Origin: a virus | Length of the DNA: 41,992 bases | Reading direction: 5' to 3' (one strand) | Virus record (IMG/VR): IMGVR_UViG_3300033753_000082 | In this document: piece after piece, positions 6,911 through 14,168 of the stretch | How positions within the stretch are numbered: position 1 is the first letter of the stretch | Layout: the number at the start of each line of letters is the position of its first letter | Program-made: the position numbers and the translations under genes | Notes under the pieces: generated by a model | What the model saw: the letters and a program-made list of their open reading frames with translations, nothing else | What the model was told of the DNA's origin: nothing | Databases searched by the model: none

Positions 6911-6950
6911 TAAGACATCAGCGGTTGACAAGAGAACAGAGGAGGCCGAG

Positions 6951-7142
6951 ATGGAGCCCTTCGGTGACGAGTGGAGCAAGTCCCAGGAGACCTGCCCGGC
7001 GTGCGGCGGCCACGAGGTTTGGGAGACGGTCAGCCTGAACTTCGGGAACCTGGTTGCCTACTGCGACACCTGCGACACCGAGTGGAACATCACCCAGCCG
7101 GACTACAAGGAGATCGTCCGGGAGTCGCGGCGGGGGTACTGA
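6951..7142 (+). CDS. Hypothetical zinc-ribbon protein (63 aa)
   Basis: Internal ATG of ORF 6744..7142 with GAGGAGG RBS; CPACGG...CDTCD. Confidence 0.7.
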   Translation: MEPFGDEWSKSQETCPACGGHEVWETVSLNFGNLVAYCDTCDTEWNITQPDYKEIVRESRRGY

Positions 7143-7146
7143 GAGA

Positions 7147-7170
7147 GAGGGGGGTCAGATCGACCCCCTC
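7147..7170 (+). terminator. Intrinsic terminator
   Basis: Stem GAGGGGGGTC/GACCCCCTC, then TTCATCATTT. Confidence 0.6.
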
Positions 7171-7191
7171 TTCATCATTTGAGGAGGATGA

Positions 7192-9039
7192 GTGAAGCAC
7201 TACGAGATCGAAGACATCGGCGTAGTCCATCTGCTAGAGCCCGGCGACAGTACGCGGGCGGTTGAGAGCCTGCTGCATGACGATACGCGGCCGGTGGCGT
7301 TTGATACGGAGACGAGCGGGATCAATGTCTACGCGGCCGACTTTGAGTTGCGCCTATGCCAGTTCGGGACGACGGATGAAGCGTTCGTGTGGCGGCCGAG
7401 GCACTTCCCCGAGTTGTCGCGGCTCGTCACCACGACGCGGCCGGTATGGTACTGGAACGCGGAGTTTGACACTCGCACCCTGTCGCGCGTCGCCGGCATC
7501 CCTCTTCACGAGCTTTGGTGCTACGTCATGGACGCGCAGATACTTGCGAGGCTGATTGACCCGCGTGGTCAGAAGGACGGCGGTATCGGCCACACGCTTG
7601 ACGCTTGGGCCGACCACGAGCTTGGTCTGACCGCGAAGGATGAGGCCAAGCGCGCCATGATGGAGGCGGGTAAGCGCTACAAGATCCGCAAACAGGCTGA
7701 CGTCTGGGCGAAGATCCCTGACGATGACGAGACCTACGTGCGCTACGCGGGTCAGGACGTGATGCTCGCGTCGCGTCTCGGCGTGGAGCTGTCTAGGCAG
7801 ATTGAGGAGTTGGATCTTGTAGACATCGCGAGCAAGCAGCACGCGGTAGCGTACTGCTACGCGGACATGACACACCGGGGGTGGAAGATTGACCGCCCGT
7901 ACGCTGAGGAGGCGATCCGGAAGTACGAGAGCGTCTTTGCTGAGAAGGAAGCCGAGCTGGCCGGCTACGGTATCCGGCCGACGGCCACGGGGAACTACTC
8001 CACGAGCCGTGACGGCTTGATCGAAAAGTTCACCGAGTTGGGCGTCCAGTTCAAGGAGGTTACGAGCACGGGCGCGCCGAAGATGGACGATGCGGTGTTG
8101 TCCGCCATCGCGAGCAAGCGAGATGACGAGGCGGCATTGATCGCTCGGACGGTGCTAGAGGCGCGTCGGGCGCAGAAGGTTGCCGGGCAGCTCCGGGGGT
8201 ACCTTGACGCGGCGGACCCGCGAGACAGGGTTCACCCGAACCTGACCCCGCTAGGGACTCACACTGGCCGCACGTCGTGCTCGAATCCGAACCTGCAGAA
8301 CCCGGACAAGGAAGCCGTGGAGGTGCGGGGCGTGTTCGTGGCCGAGGATGATGACCACGTGATCATCTCCTCTGATCTGAAGTCGGTGGAGTGGCGTACG
8401 GCGGCCATCGTCACCGGGGATGAGAACATGAAGCGCATCTTCGCGGAGGGTGGCGATATTCACGCGGAGACTGCGCAGAGGTTCTACGGCCGTGCGTTTG
8501 AGGAGGCTGACCCCGAGCTACGACAGAAGATGCGTGACGGCGGCGTGTACGAGGGCGAGCGTCTACCGAGCATGAAGCAGGTGGGCCTGGCCAAGTTGTA
8601 CGGCTCGGGGGCCCGAGGGTGTGCAGAGAATACGGGCCTGCCTGAGCGTGTCGTACGACGCGTCTACGACGCCATCGACCGAGCGTACCCTGGCATCCGT
8701 GCGTACATGCAATCGGCTGAAGAGGAGATCGACGGCCCTACGAGGGTGCGGCTCCGCAGCGGACGGTACGCGATCGTGGACCGGGCCTACAAGAAGCTCA
8801 ACGCCGAGTCTCAGGGCTTCGCGGCAGACTTGCTCATGGAGGCGGTCTTGCGGATCTATGAGGCGGGGCTGGGTGAGCACCTTCGCTTGCCGGTCCACGA
8901 TGAGCTTCTGTTCAGCGTCCCGAAGGACGAGGCGGAGGCCTTCATGGACAAGATCAAGGGTCTGATGGAGTCGCACGTTGACGGTGTGGACATCCTGACC
9001 GACCCGAAGGTGTGCGGGTACCGCTGGCGTAAGGTGTAG
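7192..9039 (+). CDS. Family A DNA polymerase (Pol I-like) with 3'-5' exonuclease domain
   Basis: FDTETSG (Exo I), HTGRTSCSNPNLQN, KQVGLAKLYGSG (motif B), LPVHDELLF (motif C); GTG start with GAGGAGGA RBS. Confidence 0.95.
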   Translation: MKHYEIEDIGVVHLLEPGDSTRAVESLLHDDTRPVAFDTETSGINVYAADFELRLCQFGTTDEAFVWRPRHFPELSRLVTTTRPVWYWNAEFDTRTLSRVAGIPLHELWCYVMDAQILARLIDPRGQKDGGIGHTLDAWADHELGLTAKDEAKRAMMEAGKRYKIRKQADVWAKIPDDDETYVRYAGQDVMLASRLGVELSRQIEELDLVDIASKQHAVAYCYADMTHRGWKIDRPYAEEAIRKYESVFAEKEAELAGYGIRPTATGNYSTSRDGLIEKFTELGVQFKEVTSTGAPKMDDAVLSAIASKRDDEAALIARTVLEARRAQKVAGQLRGYLDAADPRDRVHPNLTPLGTHTGRTSCSNPNLQNPDKEAVEVRGVFVAEDDDHVIISSDLKSVEWRTAAIVTGDENMKRIFAEGGDIHAETAQRFYGRAFEEADPELRQKMRDGGVYEGERLPSMKQVGLAKLYGSGARGCAENTGLPERVVRRVYDAIDRAYPGIRAYMQSAEEEIDGPTRVRLRSGRYAIVDRAYKKLNAESQGFAADLLMEAVLRIYEAGLGEHLRLPVHDELLFSVPKDEAEAFMDKIKGLMESHVDGVDILTDPKVCGYRWRKV

Positions 9040-9052
9040 CCCATGAGACGAG

Positions 9053-9079
9053 AGGCCCCCGGCCAAGCGCTGGGGGCCT
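9053..9079 (+). terminator. Intrinsic terminator after the polymerase gene
   Basis: Stem AGGCCCCC/GGGGGCCT followed by TTTCGTCGTTTC. Confidence 0.75.
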
Positions 9080-9183
9080 TTCGTCGTTTCTAGACGATCT
9101 TCCGACAGACGCGGATTCGGCGCACTACTAGACCTGAGCGACCTGCAAAAACGCAGGTGAGCACACCGGATACAGGTCGAGAT

Positions 9184-9225
9184 CTTTTAATCCGCGGGTT
9201 CTGGGTTCGATCCCCAGGCGGCCCA
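9184..9225 (+). other. attP core: 3' half of a tRNA-Lys(UUU) (anticodon loop to discriminator)
   Basis: CTTTTAA loop, TCCGC, 5-nt variable, T-arm CTGGG-TTCGATC-CCCAG, acceptor strand GCGGCCC, A. No matching 5' half upstream. Lies directly upstream of the integrase. Confidence 0.7.
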
Positions 9226-9303
9226 CGACCTGCGAAAACGCCCCTGAGGCCCTGAGCACACCTAGTGGACAGACGCGGACTGGATGGGGTACGATCCCCG
9301 GCC

Positions 9304-10200
9304 ATGGGTGCCGATCTGTCCGAGTTGCTCGATGACTGGGTGATCCATCTCAGGGCCACGGGGAAGCGGCCTAGGACGATAGATGCCTACCGCCAGGTTG
9401 CCGATGACTTCCTCGCGCACCTGCGCCGTGAGGGTCTACCGACCGAAGCCGACCGACTTCGCATGGCGCACGTGGAGCACTACCTAGCGTCGCTGTCGGC
9501 GCGGGTGAGTCCGGGCACTGTGGCGAAGTCGTACCGCCACCTTCAGCAGTTGTGCCGCTGGTTGACCGAGGAGGGTGAGGTCTCCCGCAACCCCATGGAG
9601 CGCATGAAGCCGCCCAGGGTGCCCCCGCAACCGGTCCCGGTGCTGTCCAGTGAGGACATCGGCCGGGTCCTGAGCGTGTGCAAGGGGGCCGGCTTCGAGC
9701 AACGTCGCGACATGGCCATTTTCAGGATTTTGCTCGATACCGGCATGCGCTCAGCGGAACTTCTGGGCATGACTACTGAGGACGTCGACCGCCACCAACA
9801 GGTGTGCTGGGTGATGGGCAAGGGTGGCCGGGGACGCGTCGTGCCGTTCGGGGCGAAAGCCGCCGAGGCTCTGTCGCGGTATCTTCGGGAGCGCTCGAAG
9901 CATCCCCGGGCGGCCACGACTGACGCACTGTGGATCGGCCACAGAGGCCCGCTGACGGACTCTGGGCTGAGGCAGATGATGGAGCGCAGAGGCCGAGAGG
10001 CCGGCGTCCCGGGACTCCATCCGCACCGCTGGCGGCACACGTTCGCTCACCTGTGGTTGGCTGGCGGTGGCCAGGAGCAGGACCTTATGAACCTCGCAGG
10101 GTGGCGGAGTCGTGAGATGGTGGCTCGCTACGGGGCCTCAGCGGCCACGATGCGTGCTCATCAGGCGCACCGAAGACTATCTCTGGGCGACAAGTTTTAG
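9304..10200 (+). CDS. int: Tyrosine integrase (XerC/D-like, SAM-like N-terminal domain)
   Basis: HPHRWRHTFAH (HxxR box) and GWRSREMVARYGA (catalytic Y); N-terminal LSELLDDWVIHLRATGKRPRTIDAYRQ. ORF track starts at GTG 9265; ATG 9304 preferred, start uncertain. Confidence 0.9.
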   Translation: MGADLSELLDDWVIHLRATGKRPRTIDAYRQVADDFLAHLRREGLPTEADRLRMAHVEHYLASLSARVSPGTVAKSYRHLQQLCRWLTEEGEVSRNPMERMKPPRVPPQPVPVLSSEDIGRVLSVCKGAGFEQRRDMAIFRILLDTGMRSAELLGMTTEDVDRHQQVCWVMGKGGRGRVVPFGAKAAEALSRYLRERSKHPRAATTDALWIGHRGPLTDSGLRQMMERRGREAGVPGLHPHRWRHTFAHLWLAGGGQEQDLMNLAGWRSREMVARYGASAATMRAHQAHRRLSLGDKF

Positions 10201-10213
10201 GCCTAACTTACGT

Positions 10214-10242
10214 TTGACAACTAGCGTCCACTACGGTACAGT
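10214..10242 (+). promoter_or_regulatory. Promoter TTGACA-17-TACAGT
   Basis: Near-consensus hexamers with a 17-bp spacer, 19 nt before ATG 10261. Confidence 0.65.
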
Positions 10243-10260
10243 AACTCCGGCGCGCCAACT

Positions 10261-10551
10261 ATGGCGCTTAACGGATTGGAGGTTACTGTGGACGCTAGGA
10301 CACATGCTCGTGTCGCCGCGTTGACGCGGTGGGCTCGTGAGGAGGATCCCCGAGCGGCTACGGCCAAGGCGCGTGACGCCTTCTGGCAGCGCTTTATTGA
10401 TGAGGCTGATCCGGCTGGTGTGTTGCCGGAGCGGGAGCGTGTTGTGCGAGCGGAGCGCCTTCGCAAGGCGCACTTCGCGAAGCTAGCTGCCAGGGCCCGC
10501 GAGGCTAAGCGGCTTCGTAGGGAGCAGCGTGTCCGAGCCCGAGCCCGCTAA
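10261..10551 (+). CDS. Hypothetical basic protein
   Basis: 96-aa ORF downstream of a consensus promoter; Arg/Ala-rich C-terminal helix. Confidence 0.65.
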   Translation: MALNGLEVTVDARTHARVAALTRWAREEDPRAATAKARDAFWQRFIDEADPAGVLPERERVVRAERLRKAHFAKLAARAREAKRLRREQRVRARAR

Positions 10552-10819
10552 CTGCCCAAGGTGCGGGCGGGCGGTGCTGAGCGGCACGGTCGAGGGGATC
10601 TACCCGATGGTGCTCGACCCTCGCGAGGTTCCGCACGCCGACGCGCTTGTCTTGCATCGCTATGGGATCCCTATAGTCCAGCTTCTGATTAAGGATCGTG
10701 GCCGGGGTCCGCAGGTCATCATGTCGCGGATGTTCTGGCCGTATGAGGAGCAAGCTAACGATGAATGGGTGACGCTCATTCCGCATGGGTGCGCGTGGCC
10801 TGGAAAGTGGGGAAAGTGA
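10529..10819 (+). CDS. Hypothetical protein (CPRCG zinc knuckle)
   Basis: GTG start with GGGAG RBS. Confidence 0.65.
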   Translation: MSEPEPANCPRCGRAVLSGTVEGIYPMVLDPREVPHADALVLHRYGIPIVQLLIKDRGRGPQVIMSRMFWPYEEQANDEWVTLIPHGCAWPGKWGK

Positions 10820-11403
10820 TTGAGTCTGAGATCATCCCGTGCCTTCGTTGCGGGAAGCCGTATGACAGGCTTCGTGGGAACGGGCATTTTTGCGGGGAGT
10901 GCTTGGTCATCGTTAAGCGTGAGGCTATGCGTGAGATTCAGCGGGAGAGAAGGGAGCGTGCGCGGCACTTAATCGAGGATACGAAGGCCGTTGCGGACTG
11001 GCTTCCGGACATCGATGAAGAGCGTCTAGAGGAAATTGGGCTCGCCACAGAGAACGGCGATCCGTCTTTGGTGCTCGACAGGCCACCGCCCGGAGCGCTG
11101 ACTCCGTACGGGCCTGAGGAGGGGTATTCGACGTTTTTTGAGGATCTGCGAGGGGAGCTTAAACAGCTTAGGAGCGAGGCAGCCGAGCATCCTTGGTGGA
11201 AGGCTAATCCGCATGTGTTCTACGAGGTGCACGACCCGACGAAGGCCGCCGTGTATCTGCACAAGCTAGGCGCTAGGTGCGGGGATCAAATGGGAACGTA
11301 CGCGGGCTATATGCGCCATTACAGGGCGGGGGAAATGGCGTGTCCGGCGTGCATGGCGGCTAAGCGAGAGCGGTCGAAAGTTGAGAGAGCGAGTTACGCT
11401 TAA
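10816..11403 (+). CDS. Hypothetical protein with an N-terminal zinc ribbon and a C-terminal GT-x-AGY-x-RH-x-R-x-GE-x2-C-x2-C module
   Basis: GTGA overlap with the previous stop; CLRCG...CGEC; C-terminal module resembles the Endo VII N-terminus. Confidence 0.7.
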   Translation: MIESEIIPCLRCGKPYDRLRGNGHFCGECLVIVKREAMREIQRERRERARHLIEDTKAVADWLPDIDEERLEEIGLATENGDPSLVLDRPPPGALTPYGPEEGYSTFFEDLRGELKQLRSEAAEHPWWKANPHVFYEVHDPTKAAVYLHKLGARCGDQMGTYAGYMRHYRAGEMACPACMAAKRERSKVERASYA

Positions 11404-11680
11404 ACCGCTCCTGACCTGCGATTAGTTTACCTTAAGACACTATATGAAGTGCCCGGGGGCGATCGATGCTCCTAATGAGTAAATCGCCCGGGCTAAGGTT
11501 TTGACAGGCCCTGTACCAGCCGGGCCAGCATAGCGTCTGGAGTAGACTGCTGGCAGGGCCGATAATCCTCGTGCGCAGCGTAGCAAGGCCGGAACCGGGA
11601 AACCGGATCCCTCCACCCTTAGTCGGTGGTTGTGGTCCTACGTGCGCACGGACTTATGCGTTTGGCAGTAGCGAAACGAA

Positions 11681-11723
11681 GTGTGCCCGGTAGCCTTCCG
11701 GACGGTGGGCGAGCCGGGCACGC
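11681..11723 (+). terminator. Terminator/attenuator-like hairpin ahead of a small ORF
   Basis: 10-bp stem GTGTGCCCGG/CCGGGCACGC (one G-U), then GCTTTTCGCC; 29 nt before ATG 11752. Confidence 0.5.
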
Positions 11724-11751
11724 GCTTTTCGCCTCGTCAATAGGGAAGGGA

Positions 11752-11964
11752 ATGGTGCCTGTGCATTTCACTATCTATTGGCGGGGCGAGGAACTGTTTT
11801 CGATCGGCATCACCCGCGACACCGCTCCCGAAAGCGTCGCGATTGGCGACGTATCTTCGATGTATCTCCCCGTCCCTGACTCGCTTACGGAGCAGCATGA
11901 GGAGGAATGGGAAGAGGAGGCTAGGACCAATCCTGAGCCTCCACGTCGCAGGGTTGGTTTTTGA
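11752..11964 (+). CDS. Hypothetical protein (70 aa)
   Basis: Internal ATG of ORF 11626..11964 with AGGGAAGGGA RBS; the upstream part of the ORF overlaps strong hairpins. Confidence 0.5.
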   Translation: MVPVHFTIYWRGEELFSIGITRDTAPESVAIGDVSSMYLPVPDSLTEQHEEEWEEEARTNPEPPRRRVGF

Positions 11965-11977
11965 GTAGTAGCAGTTT

Positions 11978-12063
11978 AGGCGGAGGGTCGACGGTAGACG
12001 TCGGGCGTGGCTTCCTCCTCACCACGCCGAGCGGTTGAGCTAAGCTCCTGCTCCCCTCCGCCT
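11978..12063. terminator. Compound hairpin element between convergent genes
   Basis: Outer stem AGGCGGAGGG/CCCTCCGCCT encloses CGACG/CGTCG and GGCGTGG/CCACGCC hairpins; TTTTCTCC tail on the + strand. Confidence 0.6.
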
Positions 12064-12072
12064 TTTCTCCGC

Positions 12073-12225
12073 TTACCCGTGAGCCGCTAAACAGCGGATC
12101 GCGACGCGGACCGCGACTAGGCCCCCCTTACGCTCTCCGACGATAAGCATCGTGCTAGGGTCTTCCCCCGGTAGGATGTCCACGACCTTGGGTACAGGTT
12201 GCTTAGATTGCGCGCCGTCGTCCAT
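12073..12225 (-). CDS. Hypothetical protein (50 aa), leftward
   Basis: Internal ATG (CAT 12223-12225) with AGGGAGGGAA RBS. Confidence 0.5.
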   Translation of the reverse strand: MDDGAQSKQPVPKVVDILPGEDPSTMLIVGERKGGLVAVRVAIRCLAAHG

Positions 12226-12328
12226 AAGTTCCCTCCCTGCGAAGAGCGTCCTCCTGACCCCCGTTAGGGGCACCCTACTACCGGGTACCCCCAAACCGGT
12301 GGATTTGAGGGAACTTGGCGCGCCTTAG

Positions 12329-12691
12329 TTACTTGCGACGGTTGCGATGTGTCCGAGTCCCAGTCTCCATCGGAGGCCGCGCTCGGAAGCGGATCGTGAC
12401 CTTCCCGCCGGGCCGCTCCTCTTGCTGGATCGTGAGCCGCACGTCCTCGTCTAGCTCATAGCTGACGTAGCGCGCCGAGGCACGGAGCTTCGACACGGTT
12501 TCCTTGGCCGCCCAGGCAGGTACGGTTAGCTCGCGTCCCTCGCCTGTTTGGTAGCTCTCCCTGACGTGCGGGTCAAGCGCGGGGACCGGCTTGGGGCCGG
12601 TAGCGCGTCGACGACGCTTGATCTCCTCAACTGGCTTGATCGCTACGCGTTGTAGGAGCTTGTCTACATCGTACGTGTTGCCCGCAGCCAT
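12329..12691 (-). CDS. Hypothetical basic protein (120 aa), leftward; candidate lysogeny-phase gene
   Basis: RBS GGAGGCAGCA before the ATG; one of three genes on the minus strand; no HTH recognised. Confidence 0.7.
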   Translation of the reverse strand: MAAGNTYDVDKLLQRVAIKPVEEIKRRRRATGPKPVPALDPHVRESYQTGEGRELTVPAWAAKETVSKLRASARYVSYELDEDVRLTIQQEERPGGKVTIRFRARPPMETGTRTHRNRRK

Positions 12692-12888
12692 TGCTGCCTC
12701 CTAGTCCCTCTTCCCTAGTTCGAGCACAAGACTAGGGCAGCTTAGCACGCACTCACCAGTTGCGTCTCAGAACACGGACGCCCCGCCCCCGTCGCAGGCC
12801 AGGGGCGGGACGCCTGTCGATCACTGTAGCGAGCGCTCCCAATCACGTCCAGTCACGGCGGGAGTGTCGCAGAGAGGAGCCCTATCGG

Positions 12889-13770
12889 ATGCCTAGCTAC
12901 TGGTGGCCGAAGGCCGAGCGTGTCCCCGTGGCGCTCCGAGCGTCGCAAGAGCGCACGATCCGCCCCGCCGGACTAGTACTGCACACTGCCGTTTCTAACT
13001 CGTCTCGCCTCGTCCCGAGCGGGGAGGTCCGCTGGCACTTCTACGTCAACCGCGAGGGTAAGGCCTACCAATTCTTCCCTGTCAACCGCCCCGCTGCCGC
13101 GCAGTTGGACGGTAACTACTGGACTGAGAGCGGAGTTGGCCACGGATTCATCAGCGTAGAGACCTGGGATGGCGCGGGGACTAGTGTCTGGCCGGACTAC
13201 AACAAGAACCCTAGCGGCGGACCCGCGTGGACTGATGCTCAGGTGAGGACCATCGCGGAGCTTGCCGCATGGCTGCACACCGAGCACGGAGTGCCGCTCG
13301 TGAAGGCCACCGCCCCGCGTGGTCGTGGAATCGGCTATCACCGACAGTTTACCAACACCAAGCCGTACAAGTGGAATTCATCCCACGCTTGCCCGGGCAC
13401 CAGGCGCATTAACCAGGTCCCCGGAATCATTGCCCGCGCCCAGGAGATCGCCAAGGGCGGCTCCGCTTCCCGACCCTCGGAGGATGACGAATTGGCTTCC
13501 GCTAAGGACGAGATTCTTAAGGCTATCGCCGACGCCCGAAAGGCTCTCGGCGAGCGTCACAACACGCGCCGCAAGGAGTACGAGGCCCTTCTGAAAAACA
13601 TTCAGGAGAATGAGCAGCACCTGATTTATCAGCGCGAGCACTTGGTTAAGCCGCTCGCGGCCGAGGTTGCCGAGCTTAAGGCTCAGCTTGCCGAGATTAA
13701 GTCCAAGCTGGACGACGCTAAGTGCCAGGGTCAGGGTAAGACCGGCCCACTCCCGCGTACCGCTGAGTGA
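12889..13770 (+). CDS. Endolysin: N-acetylmuramoyl-L-alanine amidase (amidase_2/PGRP-like) with a coiled-coil C-terminus
   Basis: LVLHTA, WHFYVNREGKAYQ, ISVETW, GIGYH, SSHACPG match the amidase_2 pattern. Start at internal ATG with AGAGAGGAG RBS. The ORF-track start 12760 adds an Arg-rich non-coding-looking extension. Confidence 0.8.
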   Translation: MPSYWWPKAERVPVALRASQERTIRPAGLVLHTAVSNSSRLVPSGEVRWHFYVNREGKAYQFFPVNRPAAAQLDGNYWTESGVGHGFISVETWDGAGTSVWPDYNKNPSGGPAWTDAQVRTIAELAAWLHTEHGVPLVKATAPRGRGIGYHRQFTNTKPYKWNSSHACPGTRRINQVPGIIARAQEIAKGGSASRPSEDDELASAKDEILKAIADARKALGERHNTRRKEYEALLKNIQENEQHLIYQREHLVKPLAAEVAELKAQLAEIKSKLDDAKCQGQGKTGPLPRTAE

Positions 13771-13777
13771 GTCTGAC

Positions 13778-13999
13778 ATGGACGAGAAGGTTCACAAGAT
13801 TGCGCTTCTGTGGGACGCGCTTAGGCCGGTCAGGAAGGCCCTCGGAAGCTTCCTCGTGGTCCTGCTGGCGATGCTGGCAGACAGCCTCGCGGACGAGAAG
13901 CTGACGGTCTCCGAAGTTCTTGAAGCTGTCGTGGCCGGGCTCGTGGCCGCTGGTGTCGTCTACGTTGTGCCCAACGTTCCTCGTAAGCACTCGAAGTGA
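13778..13999 (+). CDS. Putative holin (two TM helices, basic C-terminus)
   Basis: Directly after the lysin; TM segments ALGSFLVVLLAMLA and VVAGLVAAGVVYVV; C-terminal PRKHSK. Confidence 0.55.
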   Translation: MDEKVHKIALLWDALRPVRKALGSFLVVLLAMLADSLADEKLTVSEVLEAVVAGLVAAGVVYVVPNVPRKHSK

Positions 14000-14009
14000 G
14001 TATGGGGTG

Positions 14010-14052
14010 GGGGGAGTGAGTTTCGCGGATCGATCGCGATCGTCACTCCCCC
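14010..14052 (+). terminator. Hairpin after the lysis cassette
   Basis: Stem GGGGGAGTGA/TCACTCCCCC (10 bp); loop contains the 12-bp palindrome CGATCGCGATCG; no T-tail. Confidence 0.5.
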
Positions 14053-14168
14053 GTCTCTGAATAGTACCCCCGATGCTTAGCGCGTGGGTGCGGAAAAGAA
14101 AATACCCCCGCGTTTCGAGCGACTGGGCCATAGATCTTCGAGTGCCCCCGCGAAGGGAACTGCCCCCA
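14046..14168 (+). repeat. Array of five C5 motifs (CTCCCCCG, TACCCCCG x2, TGCCCCCG, TGCCCCCA)
   Basis: Starts at 14046, 14065, 14103, 14143, 14161; inverted copies (TGGGGGT, CGGGGGTA, TAGGGGGCC) at 14538-14572 on the other side of the HNH gene. Confidence 0.55.

Noticed and set aside
9090-9359. Minus-strand 89-aa ORF, and the possibility of a complete tRNA gene at the attP region
   Set aside because: The ORF is Arg/Ser/Pro-rich, lacks an RBS, and overlaps attP and the integrase start. The tRNA-like sequence has only the 3' half (anticodon loop to discriminator); no GGGCCGC 5' acceptor strand or D-arm lies upstream, so it is an attP core and not a tRNA gene.
11626-11751. Upstream part of ORF 11626-11964
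   Set aside because: It starts at a non-ATG codon without an RBS and runs through the terminator-like hairpin 11681-11723. Only the portion from ATG 11752, which has an RBS, was kept, and even that with modest confidence.
12748-12795. AGTTGCG motif and GAAC...CGTC spacing upstream of the lysis cassette, considered as a late (ECF-type) promoter
   Set aside because: There is a single AGTTG without 14-bp partners and no acceptable -10. The ECF-like reading is too degenerate to call without TSS data. It is mentioned only as a place to look.
12760-12888. N-terminal extension of the endolysin ORF (MRLRTRTPRPRRRPGAG...)
   Set aside because: The extension has an Arg/Pro-rich non-protein-like composition, overlaps a GC hairpin (CCCGCCCC...GGGGCGGG), and has no RBS. 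The internal ATG 12889 has an AGAGAGGAG RBS and begins just before the amidase domain.
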